A stretch of 64,000 nucleotides of DNA from Candidatus Latescibacterota bacterium (GCA_965205975.1 OZ242195.1:1024001-1088000), one strand, 5' to 3'. Counted from the first letter of the stretch, positions 31,148-41,522 are shown. Made by a program: numbers and translations. The notes: generated from the letters alone by a model not told the origin.

Positions 31148-32140
31148 CTATTTTATATAAACAACGGTTTCGGTGTCGAGCGATTCAATGGCTGCGGCGA
31201 TGACTTTTTGCGCGGCGAGTCCTTCTTCGCCCGAGCCGTCGATGTCTTCGGGTGCAACCCCGTCGCTGACCTGACGGATAAATGTGCCGATGCGGTCGCG
31301 GAAGGTGTCGATAAAGTCTCCAAATCCTCCAAAGGCCGGGTCTGTGTACACGGTTTTTTCGAGGTCGCCCGCAGGATAGAGGGTGAGTTCGTGCCACATG
31401 TCTTCGAGGACGAAGCGACCGCCTGTTCCTGCGACTTCACAGCGTTCCATGGGGTGCCCGCGCGCGATGTCGTAACTGCCCGTGAGTGAGCCGACTACGC
31501 CATTTTTAAAACGCATGTTGAATTGCGCGGTGGACCATATTTGGCGTCCCGGTGCTTTGGTGGCGAAACATTGAACCGCTTCTATATCGCCGCAGAAATA
31601 GCGCATGACGTCAATGGTGTGTGGGTGAAGTGCTTTGAGGTGATAATACGGCGAACTCTCCGCAGGGTTCATGATCCACATCGCCATATTGATAAAGAGC
31701 AGGTGGCCCAGGCGCCCTTCATCGACCCATTTTTTTGCAAGTCGGGCAGCAGGGGTAAAGCGGTGGTTGAGGTCAATGCCATAGCAGACGCCCATTTCTT
31801 TTGCTTTGGCGACCATTTCTTCGCCGTGTAAAATATTATTTGAGATGGGTTTTTCGCCCAGAACGTGACAGCCAGCTTCGAGGGCTTGCATTGTGGGCGC
31901 GTAGTGATCACTGCTATATTCATATCCACCCGTGGCTACGCTTACCACATCGGGTTTGCATTCTTCAAGCATTTTCGGAACATTGTAAAAAGGGGTAATG
32001 CCCAGGCGTTGTGCGGTGGCATTGGCGCGAGTTTCGTCGATGTCACACACGCCCACGAGATCGGATAGTGGATTTTCAACATAAATATCAGCGTGCCGGT
32101 TGCCAATTGGCCCCAGCCCGATGACACATACACGTAGCAT
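31148..32140 (-). CDS. Gfo/Idh/MocA oxidoreductase
   Basis: VIGLGPIG, GEKPI, NHRFTP, HTID; start at MLRVCV (32140). Confidence 0.88.
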   Translation of the reverse strand: MLRVCVIGLGPIGNRHADIYVENPLSDLVGVCDIDETRANATAQRLGITPFYNVPKMLEECKPDVVSVATGGYEYSSDHYAPTMQALEAGCHVLGEKPISNNILHGEEMVAKAKEMGVCYGIDLNHRFTPAARLAKKWVDEGRLGHLLFINMAMWIMNPAESSPYYHLKALHPHTIDVMRYFCGDIEAVQCFATKAPGRQIWSTAQFNMRFKNGVVGSLTGSYDIARGHPMERCEVAGTGGRFVLEDMWHELTLYPAGDLEKTVYTDPAFGGFGDFIDTFRDRIGTFIRQVSDGVAPEDIDGSGEEGLAAQKVIAAAIESLDTETVVYIK

Positions 32141-32171
32141 AAGGAAGGATCTCCATATTTGGGATTGGTGC

Positions 32172-33221
32172 TCAATCGTCCAGTGTTTGCTGGCGGCGGC
32201 GGCGGGCGAGTTCGCGCAGATTGTCAACGCGGTCAGATTCATCGACGATTTCAGAGCCGAGAATTGCTTCGAGTACGTCTTCAAGGGTCAGAACGCCAGC
32301 GAGGCCTCCGTATTCATCGATGACGGTAAAGAGGTGTTGGCGACGGTCGAGGAACATTTGCAAGATGCGGTCGAGGCTATGCGATTCGGCGACAAAATGC
32401 ACGGGGTGCATGAGGTCTGATAATTTACTGTGACCGTGGTCATCTGTGAGTGCAGCCAGGATGTCGCGCCGCAAAACAATGCCGACAATGTCTTCAACGT
32501 CTTTCTCGTAAACGGGAATGCGGCTGTGAGACCATATTCCGCGCTGGTCGCGGGCTTCTTCAACGGTGAGGTCGTCTTTGAGTGAAAAGACGACGGTTCG
32601 GGGGGTCATGACTTCATGGGCGGTTTTGGATTTGAGGGAGAGTATATTTTGTATCACGCGCGCCTCTGTGGGGTCCAATGCGCCACTGCGCCTTCCCAGG
32701 CGTGCGAGTGAAATGAGTTCTTCATCGGAAATATCCTGTTCTTTTTGTTCTTTGGCAATCATGCGCGTGGCCAGGCGCGACAATACAATAAATGGTGTGA
32801 ATATCCAGACCAATAATTGGAGAGGGCGGGCGATCATGCTGGACAGTGGGCGAGCGTAAACCACGCCGACTGTTTTGGGCAGGAGTTCTGATAAGAATAA
32901 GATGGCGAAGGTCATTGCGATGGAGAAGACTATGCCCGCAAAGGATTCGCCGGTATTTTTCTCTCCCATAACCGCGGTGGCAAAAAGAAATCCCGCCAAG
33001 CTGACGCCGCCGGTATTTGATATGGTGTTCAGGGATAAGATAGCGGAAATTGGGCGGTCAATAGTTTGGCGCAAGCGTCGCAAGATTAAACCAGAAGTTT
33101 TGTTTTCTCGCGCGAGGGTTTCAATATGGCTGATGGGCACAGAATAGAGTACGGCTTCAAAGAGCGAGCACATGGCAGATATTAAAATAACAGCAGCGAC
33201 AACAATAATAAGCTCGATCAT
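32172..33221 (-). CDS. CNNM/DUF21 plus CBS domain protein (CorC/TlyC family)
   Basis: SLFEAVL, SELLPKT, VMTPR, HSRIPVY, VIDEYGG, TLEDVLE. Confidence 0.9.
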   Translation of the reverse strand: MIELIIVVAAVILISAMCSLFEAVLYSVPISHIETLARENKTSGLILRRLRQTIDRPISAILSLNTISNTGGVSLAGFLFATAVMGEKNTGESFAGIVFSIAMTFAILFLSELLPKTVGVVYARPLSSMIARPLQLLVWIFTPFIVLSRLATRMIAKEQKEQDISDEELISLARLGRRSGALDPTEARVIQNILSLKSKTAHEVMTPRTVVFSLKDDLTVEEARDQRGIWSHSRIPVYEKDVEDIVGIVLRRDILAALTDDHGHSKLSDLMHPVHFVAESHSLDRILQMFLDRRQHLFTVIDEYGGLAGVLTLEDVLEAILGSEIVDESDRVDNLRELARRRRQQTLDD

Positions 33222-33449
33222 GGGATTTTATCTCCTGGCACAGTTTGGCAAAGACGGGGAGGGTTTTGTCTTTATTTAAGCATAAATTATTTTTCGTCAA
33301 GGTGTTTGCGAGGCGGGTACTACTTTGATAGAAGTCCGACTCCTGGTTTGCAATAAGGTATTTTTTCTTGCCAAGTGAGGGTGAATCCGCTAAATTACGG
33401 CGTCCTGTTTTCCGAGATTTTATGGAGTTTATCATTTTTATAAAATGCT

Positions 33450-33830
33450 ATGAAGCGCGAAAGAATACATTATAACACGGTACGCGAGATTTGTTTTTCG
33501 CCAGAAGATATTGCTCGCCTTTCCGATAATTTACAGGAAAATGGCGCGCCATGTCATATCAGACATTTAGTGCCCGGCGAGGCAGACCCCGTGCGTTTGG
33601 CACAGGTCAAAGACGTCATTGAGACGGTGTTGACAGGGCGCAAGTACGAGGTTTTGTTGCTGCGCTCACAGGGCAAGACTTTTACAGAAATTGCGCTGCT
33701 TTTAGAGATCTCAAAAAGTGCAGTACAAAGCCACTACCGCCTCGCCATACGGCGGGTGCAACGCGCTCTGGGTATAGAATCCGGGCAAAGGGTCAAACCC
33801 CCATCACCATCGATGTATTCTATGGTCTAA
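33450..33830 (+). CDS. Small sigma70 region-4-like HTH protein
   Basis: LTGRKYEVLLLRSQGKTFTEIALLLEISKSAVQSHYRLAIRRV; no sigma region 2. Confidence 0.7.
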   Translation: MKRERIHYNTVREICFSPEDIARLSDNLQENGAPCHIRHLVPGEADPVRLAQVKDVIETVLTGRKYEVLLLRSQGKTFTEIALLLEISKSAVQSHYRLAIRRVQRALGIESGQRVKPPSPSMYSMV

Positions 33831-34000
33831 CTTTTCTCTCCCTGTTTTGTCAATCAGGTTCCGCTTTGTGCGCGACCTGTTTTTTTTTGCTCCAAGCCTC
33901 CAGTTCCTCGCCTTTTTCTTGTCTTTGTCTCATTCCTTTGTATCTTTGGTGGTCATTGAAGTTGTAAATCGCACTTTTTCATTTTTCAAAGGAGTTTTCC

Positions 34001-34378
34001 ATGGCTGTATTTCTTCATACGCGCGTTCGCGTGAGCGATTTGGACAGGTCGATCCAGTATTATTGCGATCATTTTGGTTTTGTGGTAAAGAGTCGTTCGG
34101 AAAAGTCGCCAGCGGGCAACCAGATTTGCCATCTGGAATTGCCAGGCAACGAGCATACGCTGGAATTGACGTATTCCGATGATTACGAGTTGAATGTGCC
34201 CGAAGATTTGATGCACTTCGCGATCGGCGTGCCCGATTTGATTGCATTTTGCGATGAGTTGGAAAAAAACGGACTCGAAATCTGGCCCGGCGATTGGCGA
34301 GAGACATTCCCCACAGGGCGCAAAATGGCGTTTGTCGATGATCCCGATGGGTATGAAATTGAGTTGTTGGAGAGGTAA
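34001..34378 (+). CDS. VOC/glyoxalase I family protein
   Basis: HTRVRVSDL, LELTY, HFAIGV, FVDDPDGYEIEL; AGGAG RBS. Confidence 0.9.
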   Translation: MAVFLHTRVRVSDLDRSIQYYCDHFGFVVKSRSEKSPAGNQICHLELPGNEHTLELTYSDDYELNVPEDLMHFAIGVPDLIAFCDELEKNGLEIWPGDWRETFPTGRKMAFVDDPDGYEIELLER

Positions 34379-34399
34379 ATCAGGCAAGGGGAGTAAGAC

Positions 34400-34627
34400 G
34401 TGCAGCACCGTCATTTGAATCATCAACGCTTTACACTCGCCGCGATAGACGATGTGATTCGTCGTGGTCGCTGGGATGATTGGGCTGAGTTGCGTCGTGC
34501 GGCTCTTGAAGACCGCGCTTTGCTCGATAAAATTGAGCGCGTTTGTGCCCATTGCGTTGCTGACCCGTATGCTCAGCGTCATCACTTTTGGATGAATTAT
34601 GTCAAAAAACACCGCGATACTCCCTGA
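34400..34627 (+). CDS. Small putative antitoxin (type IV TA partner)
   Basis: 75 aa, IDDVIRRGRWDDW motif, GGGGAG RBS, overlaps the downstream nucleotidyltransferase. Confidence 0.6.
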   Translation: MQHRHLNHQRFTLAAIDDVIRRGRWDDWAELRRAALEDRALLDKIERVCAHCVADPYAQRHHFWMNYVKKHRDTP

Positions 34628-35306
34628 GTGGGATCGCGTGCTGTCGTCGGCGTGTCGCCTCCAGCAGATCCTGCCTGAAGCTGTGTTGGTGGGGGGGACT
34701 GCGGCAGCCATCCATGCCGAGCATCGTCTTTCTCAGGACGCAGATCATGTATTGCTTGATCTGCGCCGTCGATTCGATGAGATTCTCGCTCAATTAGAGT
34801 CTGTGTCCGGATGGCAGACTGCCCGCGTGACGCGCCCGGTCCAAATACTCGGCAGCCTTGACGGAATTGAGACGGGTGTGCGCCAACTGATCCGCGGCGA
34901 GCCACTGGAAACGACGACGCTCCAACATCAAGGTGCGATGTTGACCATCCCAACTCGAGCGGAAATACTCCGCATCAAAGGCGTGCTGATTCTCAAACGC
35001 AACGCGACACGCGACTATCTCGACTTTGTCGCACTCGCACACCAAATGGACGACCAGGACGTAGCAGAGGCCCTGCGACCTTTCGATAGATTGTACCGCC
35101 AGGGCAACGGGGAGTCCACATTGCAACAATTACAGGTGCAACTCTCAAATCCCTTGCCCTACGACTTAGAGGACACAGAACTTTCCGAATACAAGGATCT
35201 TGCCGCACAGTGGCACGACTGGAACGCGGTGACAGCGGTTTGCATCCAGGTCGCGGTTGTTGTTTTCGATTACATTTGCGAACAGAATGACCCGGTCCAG
35301 GACTGA
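34599..35306 (+). CDS. AbiEii/DUF1814-type nucleotidyltransferase toxin
   Basis: VLVGGTAA...HRLSQDAD (Pol-beta NTase GG/DxD), K...R...RDYLD C-terminal motif. Confidence 0.75.
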   Translation: MSKNTAILPEWDRVLSSACRLQQILPEAVLVGGTAAAIHAEHRLSQDADHVLLDLRRRFDEILAQLESVSGWQTARVTRPVQILGSLDGIETGVRQLIRGEPLETTTLQHQGAMLTIPTRAEILRIKGVLILKRNATRDYLDFVALAHQMDDQDVAEALRPFDRLYRQGNGESTLQQLQVQLSNPLPYDLEDTELSEYKDLAAQWHDWNAVTAVCIQVAVVVFDYICEQNDPVQD

Positions 35307-35761
35307 TGTTACCCAATTTAACTGTGCGTCCAGCGCAGATTTCTGATAGAAATGCACTTAATGAACTGGTGGAAGCAGTTGGACCACAATGTGTTGTGAG
35401 GTTTTCGAGTGGGCGTGCTTCCATAGATATGAAGCAGACGCTTGTGGCTGTGCAGGGCGATTGTGTGATTGGGTTTGTGGCGTGGTATCAAGATGAAATG
35501 CAGGCTGTGATTGTGGGGCTTGGGGTGCGTGATACGCATCGGCGCTTTGGCGTGGCAACGCAGTTGGTCAATGCGCTGACAGAGCATTTGCGTGAGGCGG
35601 GTGTGCGGTTGTTGGAGGTGATTGTGTCGCGCGATAGGGCTGGTGCAATGACCTTTTTTAAATCGATAGGATTCAGGCGGTTGGGACGCAGTGCTGCGGA
35701 CCGAGTTACATTTGAGTATCGCTTGTGGGGGCGCAGAAATCGGGCAGATGGATTTGCGTAA
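35306..35761 (+). CDS. GNAT N-acetyltransferase
   Basis: LGVRDTHRRFGVATQLV acetyl-CoA motif A, FFKSIGF; TGATG overlap with the upstream gene. Confidence 0.85.
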   Translation: MLPNLTVRPAQISDRNALNELVEAVGPQCVVRFSSGRASIDMKQTLVAVQGDCVIGFVAWYQDEMQAVIVGLGVRDTHRRFGVATQLVNALTEHLREAGVRLLEVIVSRDRAGAMTFFKSIGFRRLGRSAADRVTFEYRLWGRRNRADGFA

Positions 35762-35775
35762 TCAGTTGTATCTAT

Positions 35776-35817
35776 ACAGGAGGCGAGAGATGCGCGGTTG
35801 CATCTTTTGTCTCCTGT
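35776..35817 (+). terminator. Stem-loop/terminator after the GNAT gene
   Basis: ACAGGAGGCGAGAGATGC-GCGGTT-GCATCTTTTGTCTCCTGT (G-U wobbles) followed by TATTAGTTT. Confidence 0.55.
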
Positions 35818-35860
35818 TATTAGTTTGGTAGCTCACGCAGGTGATTGAGAAAGGTGGATT

Positions 35861-37816
35861 ATGGCCGAAGTACAAGCCTCAAATACAACAGATGCGGCAA
35901 CGCGCGAGGGCATCACGCTCAGGGCTGTTTTTTTTGGATTGGTGGTGGTGCTGTGGATTGCGTTTTGGAATACGCATGCCGAGTATATCGCCCACACATC
36001 GCGTATGAATATCAGCCATTTCCCAATGGTATTGTTGTGTACATACATACTGGTGGTGTTGCTGAATCAGTTGGTGCGCTGGATAAAGCCCCGATATGCG
36101 CTGTGTCAAACTGAGTTGCTGGTGGTACTGGCGATGGGGCTTTTGGGCGCGGCCATTCCCGCTTATGGTTTGACGAGTTTTTTCCTGGGCATGATTTCAG
36201 TGCCGCATTATCTGGCGACGCCCGAAAATCAATGGTCGGAATTTGTCCATCCGCATTTGCCCGATTGGCTGGTACCGAGCAATGAAGGCCATGCCATGCA
36301 ATGGCTTTACGAGGGCTTGCCAGCGGGGCAGTCCATTCCCTGGGATGTGTGGGTTGTGCCGCTGTTCTGGTGGTTGAGCGTTGTTGCCGCCATTGTTCTG
36401 GCGTCTATCGCGCTTTCGAGTATGTTGCGAAAACAGTGGTCGGAGCACGAACGCGTGGCCTATCCCGTGCTCGGTCCACCCGTAGATTTGGCCTCAGCTG
36501 CCGACGCACCTAAGCGAGAAGGCATTTTGTACAATCGGTTGTTCTGGATCGGATGCGGCCTGATTTTTTTTGTGAAGGCGTGGAATATTATGTCGTATTT
36601 CAATCCCGGTGTTCCCATTATCTGGTTGGGACAGCAGTGGTTTTATTTTGCCAGATTTTATCCGCCACAGCATACAGGGGTGAATTTTTTTACGATTGGC
36701 TTTGCGTATTTTGCCAATGTGGATGTATTGTTTTCCATTCTGGTATTTCATGTTCTATATCTCAACGAGATTGCTTTTTTTCGCAGGATTGGGTTCACAT
36801 TGTCAGCCAAAACAGGTCCCGGCGATGCAGTGGCTGGTTTGCAAAGTGCCGGGGCATTTATCGCTCTGGTATTCTGGACATTTTGGACGGCGCGGTTGCA
36901 TTTGAAGGATGTGTTTCGCAAGGCTTGGCGGGGCGATGATACCGTGGATGATTCGAATGAGTTGATGTCGCACCGCATGGCGGTTATTTCGCTTGGGATC
37001 AGCGTGTTGTTCTTGCTGTTGTGGTTGCGCACTATGGGGTTGGAATGGAAATTTGCGTGTCTATTAACTTTGGGTTTGTTCATCGCTTATGTTGGGCTTG
37101 CCCGCATTATTGCCGAGACTGGTGTGGTGTATATGAGCATGCCGATCAACGAGGCAGGGTTTGCAGGTTTGTTTTTTCATCCGGCAGATTATTCGGCGGG
37201 GGCGCGAACGTCAATCACGTTGTTTTCTTCCCTGCGTTGCCAGAGCAAGGCGATGTTTATGGTGCCCCTGGTTCACATTGCGAGGTTGGGCGAGTTGATC
37301 CAGCAGCAAAGGGGGCGTTTGTTAGTGGTCGTGCTTGTGACGCTTGTCGTCGGGATCGGTGGCACGATAATTCTGACAATTTTTTTGAGTTATACATACG
37401 GCGCGTATAATTTTAATGATCTTCCATTTACGCGCTATCCGCCGCGCGTGTACGACGCTCTGGTCAAAGCGTTAAAAGAAGTGCCCGAATACAAACCCGA
37501 ACGCTATTTGTTTTTAGGTGCTGGGATGCTCATTTTTAGTGTTATGAGTGTTTTGCGGTATCGCTTTACATGGTGGCCCCTGCATCCTATAGGGATGATT
37601 GTGCCAGTGGGGCACGCGATGCATTCGACGATGTCTATTTTGATTGCGTGGAGTGCCAAAGCGATTATTCTTCGCATTGGAGGAGCTTCACTTTATCAGC
37701 GTAGCAGGCCCTTTTTTGTCGGGATGCTGGTGGGCTATGGGCTTGCCGTGTTTGTGTCATATCTGGTGGATCAAATCTGGTTTCCCGGACGCGGGCATCA
37801 CATGCATTCGTGGTAG
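35861..37816 (+). CDS. DUF6785/DUF6784-type polytopic membrane protein
   Basis: GITLRAV, TPENQW, KQWSEHERVAYP, RIIAETG, WWPLHPIG; paralogue of 2984..4966. Confidence 0.75.
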   Translation: MAEVQASNTTDAATREGITLRAVFFGLVVVLWIAFWNTHAEYIAHTSRMNISHFPMVLLCTYILVVLLNQLVRWIKPRYALCQTELLVVLAMGLLGAAIPAYGLTSFFLGMISVPHYLATPENQWSEFVHPHLPDWLVPSNEGHAMQWLYEGLPAGQSIPWDVWVVPLFWWLSVVAAIVLASIALSSMLRKQWSEHERVAYPVLGPPVDLASAADAPKREGILYNRLFWIGCGLIFFVKAWNIMSYFNPGVPIIWLGQQWFYFARFYPPQHTGVNFFTIGFAYFANVDVLFSILVFHVLYLNEIAFFRRIGFTLSAKTGPGDAVAGLQSAGAFIALVFWTFWTARLHLKDVFRKAWRGDDTVDDSNELMSHRMAVISLGISVLFLLLWLRTMGLEWKFACLLTLGLFIAYVGLARIIAETGVVYMSMPINEAGFAGLFFHPADYSAGARTSITLFSSLRCQSKAMFMVPLVHIARLGELIQQQRGRLLVVVLVTLVVGIGGTIILTIFLSYTYGAYNFNDLPFTRYPPRVYDALVKALKEVPEYKPERYLFLGAGMLIFSVMSVLRYRFTWWPLHPIGMIVPVGHAMHSTMSILIAWSAKAIILRIGGASLYQRSRPFFVGMLVGYGLAVFVSYLVDQIWFPGRGHHMHSW

Positions 37817-37821
37817 GGAAT

Positions 37822-39264
37822 ATGAGCAATCAGTCTTTGGCAACACGAGCGGTGCGCGGGGCGTTTTGGACAGGCGGTGGGTTGGGCGTGCATCTCATCG
37901 TGACACTGATTTTTTTTCGAATTCTGAATCTGGAAGATATGGGGTATTTCATCTGGGCACAGCGCGTTTTGGTTTTGTTTCAGATGGTTGGTGTATTGGG
38001 GCTAAACGATGCTCTGATAAAATATCAAGATGCCTCGCGGATTCATTTTTCTTCTGCTTTTTGGGCCTGTCTTTTTGTGGGGATTGTGCTTTTTGTCGGG
38101 TTTATAGGAAGTGAGTGGCTTCTCATTATCTGGTTGGGAAGAACGCCGAATATAGCGGCGTTTTTTGATATTGCAAAACCCATGGCTCTGATAATTCCCC
38201 TCGCGTCTGTTTCGGGCATTGTAAAAGCAATTCTGGCTCGGGATTTGCGTTTTCAATCCATAGCAATAAGTGAGGTGGCCGCTGCGTTGATTGCCGCAAT
38301 TGTTGGCATTGGTCTTCTCATTGGCGGTTGGGGCATAAAAAGTGCGGTTTGGAATGCAATAACGAGGGAGATCGCATTATTGGGCGGTTTGTGGATTGCC
38401 GCTGCCTGGATGCCGTCGCTGTCGTTTAGTTGGGCAAAACTGAAGGCGCTTTTGCCATTTGGATTTAATGTTTCTGGCGCGAATCTGCTCAACAATATCA
38501 ACAATAATCTGGACAAGGTCTATTTTGTTCCCGTTTTGCTGGGGCCTGTTGCGGCGGGGCTGTACGCTTTTGCCTATCAATACACAATGGTTCCATTGAA
38601 TCGGGCGAGTGTTGTGCTAACGCGGGTGATTTTTCCAGCTTTTTCTGTGGTGCAGCGCAATAATAAGACTTTGCGACGGGGATATACGCGCACTATTACT
38701 GCGATTGCCCTTTTGTCCTGGCCCGCGCTAATAGGTGGTTTTATTTATGGGCGAGAGATTTTGTTGCTCGTAAAAGGCGAGGAGATGTTGTCTGCTCTTA
38801 ATCCACTCAGGCTGTTGATTTTAGCAGGTATGCTCAAAGCTGTGGGGACGGTTGTGGGATCGGTTTTTCTCGCCAAGGGAAAGGCAAATTGGTCGTTTCG
38901 ATGGACGCTTGTAAATCTGATTGTTTTTGTGCCCGCGCTTTATTGGGGCGTGCGCTATGGTATTGATGGGATCGCCGCCGTGCTTTCAGCGGCTGCCGTG
39001 TTGTTTCTCGTGGTTACGCAATTACTGGTCAACCGGTTGATTGATTTGCGAATGACCGATTATTTTAAGTCATTTGTCGGGCCGTTGCTGACGACGCTGT
39101 TGGTTGCGGTTGCGCTGGTCGCGGTTCGTTCATTGACAGATTTGAAGCCTGTTGAAGCTCTGTTGTCGGGTGTGGTGGTCGGTAGTATTGCTTATGCTAT
39201 TGCTCTTCGTTTGTTTGCCTGGGAATTTGTGATGCGGTTCTGGCGTGATTTTCGGGGACAATAG
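37822..39264 (+). CDS. Polysaccharide flippase (Wzx/MOP superfamily)
   Basis: RAVRGAFWT, LARDLRF, NNLDK, GLYAFAY, VIFPAFS; many TM helices. Confidence 0.85.
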   Translation: MSNQSLATRAVRGAFWTGGGLGVHLIVTLIFFRILNLEDMGYFIWAQRVLVLFQMVGVLGLNDALIKYQDASRIHFSSAFWACLFVGIVLFVGFIGSEWLLIIWLGRTPNIAAFFDIAKPMALIIPLASVSGIVKAILARDLRFQSIAISEVAAALIAAIVGIGLLIGGWGIKSAVWNAITREIALLGGLWIAAAWMPSLSFSWAKLKALLPFGFNVSGANLLNNINNNLDKVYFVPVLLGPVAAGLYAFAYQYTMVPLNRASVVLTRVIFPAFSVVQRNNKTLRRGYTRTITAIALLSWPALIGGFIYGREILLLVKGEEMLSALNPLRLLILAGMLKAVGTVVGSVFLAKGKANWSFRWTLVNLIVFVPALYWGVRYGIDGIAAVLSAAAVLFLVVTQLLVNRLIDLRMTDYFKSFVGPLLTTLLVAVALVAVRSLTDLKPVEALLSGVVVGSIAYAIALRLFAWEFVMRFWRDFRGQ

Positions 39265-39342
39265 GTAAAAAATTGTGATTGTTTTGTCCGTCTGTTCATG
39301 GCATAATGCAAGTGTTCGGCTGGAAAATAGAAGGAGGCCGCT

Positions 39343-40425
39343 TTGAAAACCTATCGCGTGGGTATTATTGGATTGGGGCGAATGGGCAGCACTATTGACG
39401 ATGAAGGGCATGCTGTCAAACCGTATTCTATTGCGGCTTGTTGTGAGGTGATAGATCAACTCGAACTGGTCGCTGGCTCCGATTTGCAGGCAGATAAGCG
39501 GGCGGCTTTTACCGAGCGATGGGGTGTGAAGGCTGTGTACGAAGATTATCTGGAGATGGTGGCGCGAGAGTCGCTCGATCTGGTGGCGGTGTGTACAACG
39601 GCTTCGGGTTTGTTTAAGCCCGCTAATGAAGCCCCCGATGCCAATTTCAGGGGCGATTCGCATGCGGATTTAACCGTGAGCCTTGCCAATGCTGGGGTGC
39701 CGATGTTGTATGTGGAGAAGGCGATGGCGAGTTCAATGGTGCGGGCAGATGAGATTTTGGAAGCGGTGAAAGCAAATGGCACTGTGTTTAATACGGGTGT
39801 TTTGAGGCGATTTAACGTGAGCTATCACGCCGTGCGCCGCGCAATTGTCGAGGGTGAAATTGGTGAACCCAAAGCAGCTATTCACTACGCGGCCTCATCT
39901 TTGATGCACGGGCATATCCACTCTATAGATACGCTCTCCTTTTTGTTGGGCGATCCGAAAATCGAAGCAGTGCGGGGCGAGTTGTTGCCGCGAGATTTTG
40001 AGATTGAGAACAATCACATTGCTTTTGATCCGAGCGCGACCTTTCAACTGCGATTTGAAAATGGCGTAGAAGCCTGGTCGGTACCCGCTGGTGGATGGGA
40101 GTTTGAGGTGATAGGGACCAAAGGGTGTATCCGGTCGATCAATAACGGCGATGGCATAAAGCTCAGAAAAGCCGGCAGCCTGGTGGGCAAACGCCAGGGA
40201 TGGTATGATGCAGAGGTCGCGCCTGTTGTGCCCCAAAGCCATGTGGTGTCGTGTTTGGAGGATTTGATAGACGCTTATGAGCAAGGGCGTCCAACACTGG
40301 GGCATATAGAGATCGCCCATCACATCACTGAGGCATGTATTGCCGTGGCGGAGAGCCATCGTCGGGGAGGTGCGTGGGTTAATCTGCCGTTGGGGGACAG
40401 GGATTTGTACATCTTTCACGTTTAG
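39343..40425 (+). CDS. Gfo/Idh/MocA oxidoreductase
   Basis: GIIGLGRMG, VEKAMA, GVLRRF, HSID. Confidence 0.85.
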   Translation: MKTYRVGIIGLGRMGSTIDDEGHAVKPYSIAACCEVIDQLELVAGSDLQADKRAAFTERWGVKAVYEDYLEMVARESLDLVAVCTTASGLFKPANEAPDANFRGDSHADLTVSLANAGVPMLYVEKAMASSMVRADEILEAVKANGTVFNTGVLRRFNVSYHAVRRAIVEGEIGEPKAAIHYAASSLMHGHIHSIDTLSFLLGDPKIEAVRGELLPRDFEIENNHIAFDPSATFQLRFENGVEAWSVPAGGWEFEVIGTKGCIRSINNGDGIKLRKAGSLVGKRQGWYDAEVAPVVPQSHVVSCLEDLIDAYEQGRPTLGHIEIAHHITEACIAVAESHRRGGAWVNLPLGDRDLYIFHV

Positions 40426-40445
40426 GCCATTATTGGGAGCGGACC

Positions 40446-41522
40446 ATGAAAACATACCGCGCAGCATTGATTGGATGCAGTCGGATGGGGGCATTTATTG
40501 ACAATGAGGTGGATCACACGCGGGCGTATTCCCATGCGGCGGGATACGAGGCATGTGATCGAACAGATCTGGTCGCGTGTTCGGATCTGCGCGAAGATGT
40601 GATGGCGCAGGCGGGCGAGCGATATGGGGTTCCAAAATCGCGGCAGTACACGGATTATCGGGAACTTATCAATACAGAAGAGCCAGATATTGTGAGCGTG
40701 GCGACGCAGCCAGAGCAACGCGCAGAAATTGTAGTGTATGCTGCCGAGCACGGGGCAAAGGCGATTTATGCTGAAAAAGCGATGGCGGCTTCTATGGCGG
40801 ATGCCGATGCAATGGTCAGTGCGTGTGAGCGCAATGAGGTGTTCTTCAATTTGGGCACCAATCGGCGATGGGATCGGGGGTATGACAGTATGAAGGAGGT
40901 GATAGACAGCGGGCGCATTGGACAGTTGCGATCGCTGATTATTCACCAGACGAGTTCTCTTTTCAATGGTGCGAGTCACAGTTTTGATCTGTTGATGCGC
41001 CTCAATAGCGACCATCCCGCGTTGTGGGTGCAGGGACATCTATCGCAGGGTGCAGATGAGATTGAGGGGAATATTTTGAAGGCGGATCCCGTGGGGCACG
41101 GGATTATCCAGTTTGAAAATGGCGTGACGGCGTATGCCCTCAATTCCGGGAGGGGTATGGAGGTCGAAGCCGTGGGCGATGCGGGTGTTGTGACGGCTTT
41201 GCAAAATGGTGCTGGGTGGCAGGTGCGCGAGGTGGTTGGGCACGATCACAGGGGGCGGAATGTGCTGGGGTTTGGGGATTTTCCAGAGGTGGAGCCGACG
41301 AGTTCAACGGTGCATTTGATTGAGGATCTGGCACACGCGCTGGATACGGGCGAACCGACGCGGTGCGGTGTGCGGTTGGCACATGCCAATCAAGAATTGA
41401 TTTTTGCTTGTGTCGAGTCGCACCAGCGAGGGGGCGAGCGGGTGCATCTGCCGTTGAAAGATTGTCCTTATCGCATGGATCGCGGTTTTGCACCCAGGCA
41501 ACCGAAGTTTGAACGTGAATAA
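40446..41522 (+). CDS. Gfo/Idh/MocA oxidoreductase
   Basis: LIGCSRMG, AEKAMA, GTNRRW, HSFD; paralogue of the upstream gene. Confidence 0.85.
   Translation: MKTYRAALIGCSRMGAFIDNEVDHTRAYSHAAGYEACDRTDLVACSDLREDVMAQAGERYGVPKSRQYTDYRELINTEEPDIVSVATQPEQRAEIVVYAAEHGAKAIYAEKAMAASMADADAMVSACERNEVFFNLGTNRRWDRGYDSMKEVIDSGRIGQLRSLIIHQTSSLFNGASHSFDLLMRLNSDHPALWVQGHLSQGADEIEGNILKADPVGHGIIQFENGVTAYALNSGRGMEVEAVGDAGVVTALQNGAGWQVREVVGHDHRGRNVLGFGDFPEVEPTSSTVHLIEDLAHALDTGEPTRCGVRLAHANQELIFACVESHQRGGERVHLPLKDCPYRMDRGFAPRQPKFERE

Noticed and set aside
31148..32284. Extended N-termini in the ORF track (also at 2837, 14077, 42426, 48520 and 49484)
   Set aside because: The extensions overlap neighbouring genes or promoter regions; downstream starts fit the RBS or the domain boundary better.
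33930..34711. Minus-strand ORFs of 125 and 241 aa
   Set aside because: Antisense to the glyoxalase and TA genes, which have RBSs and family motifs.
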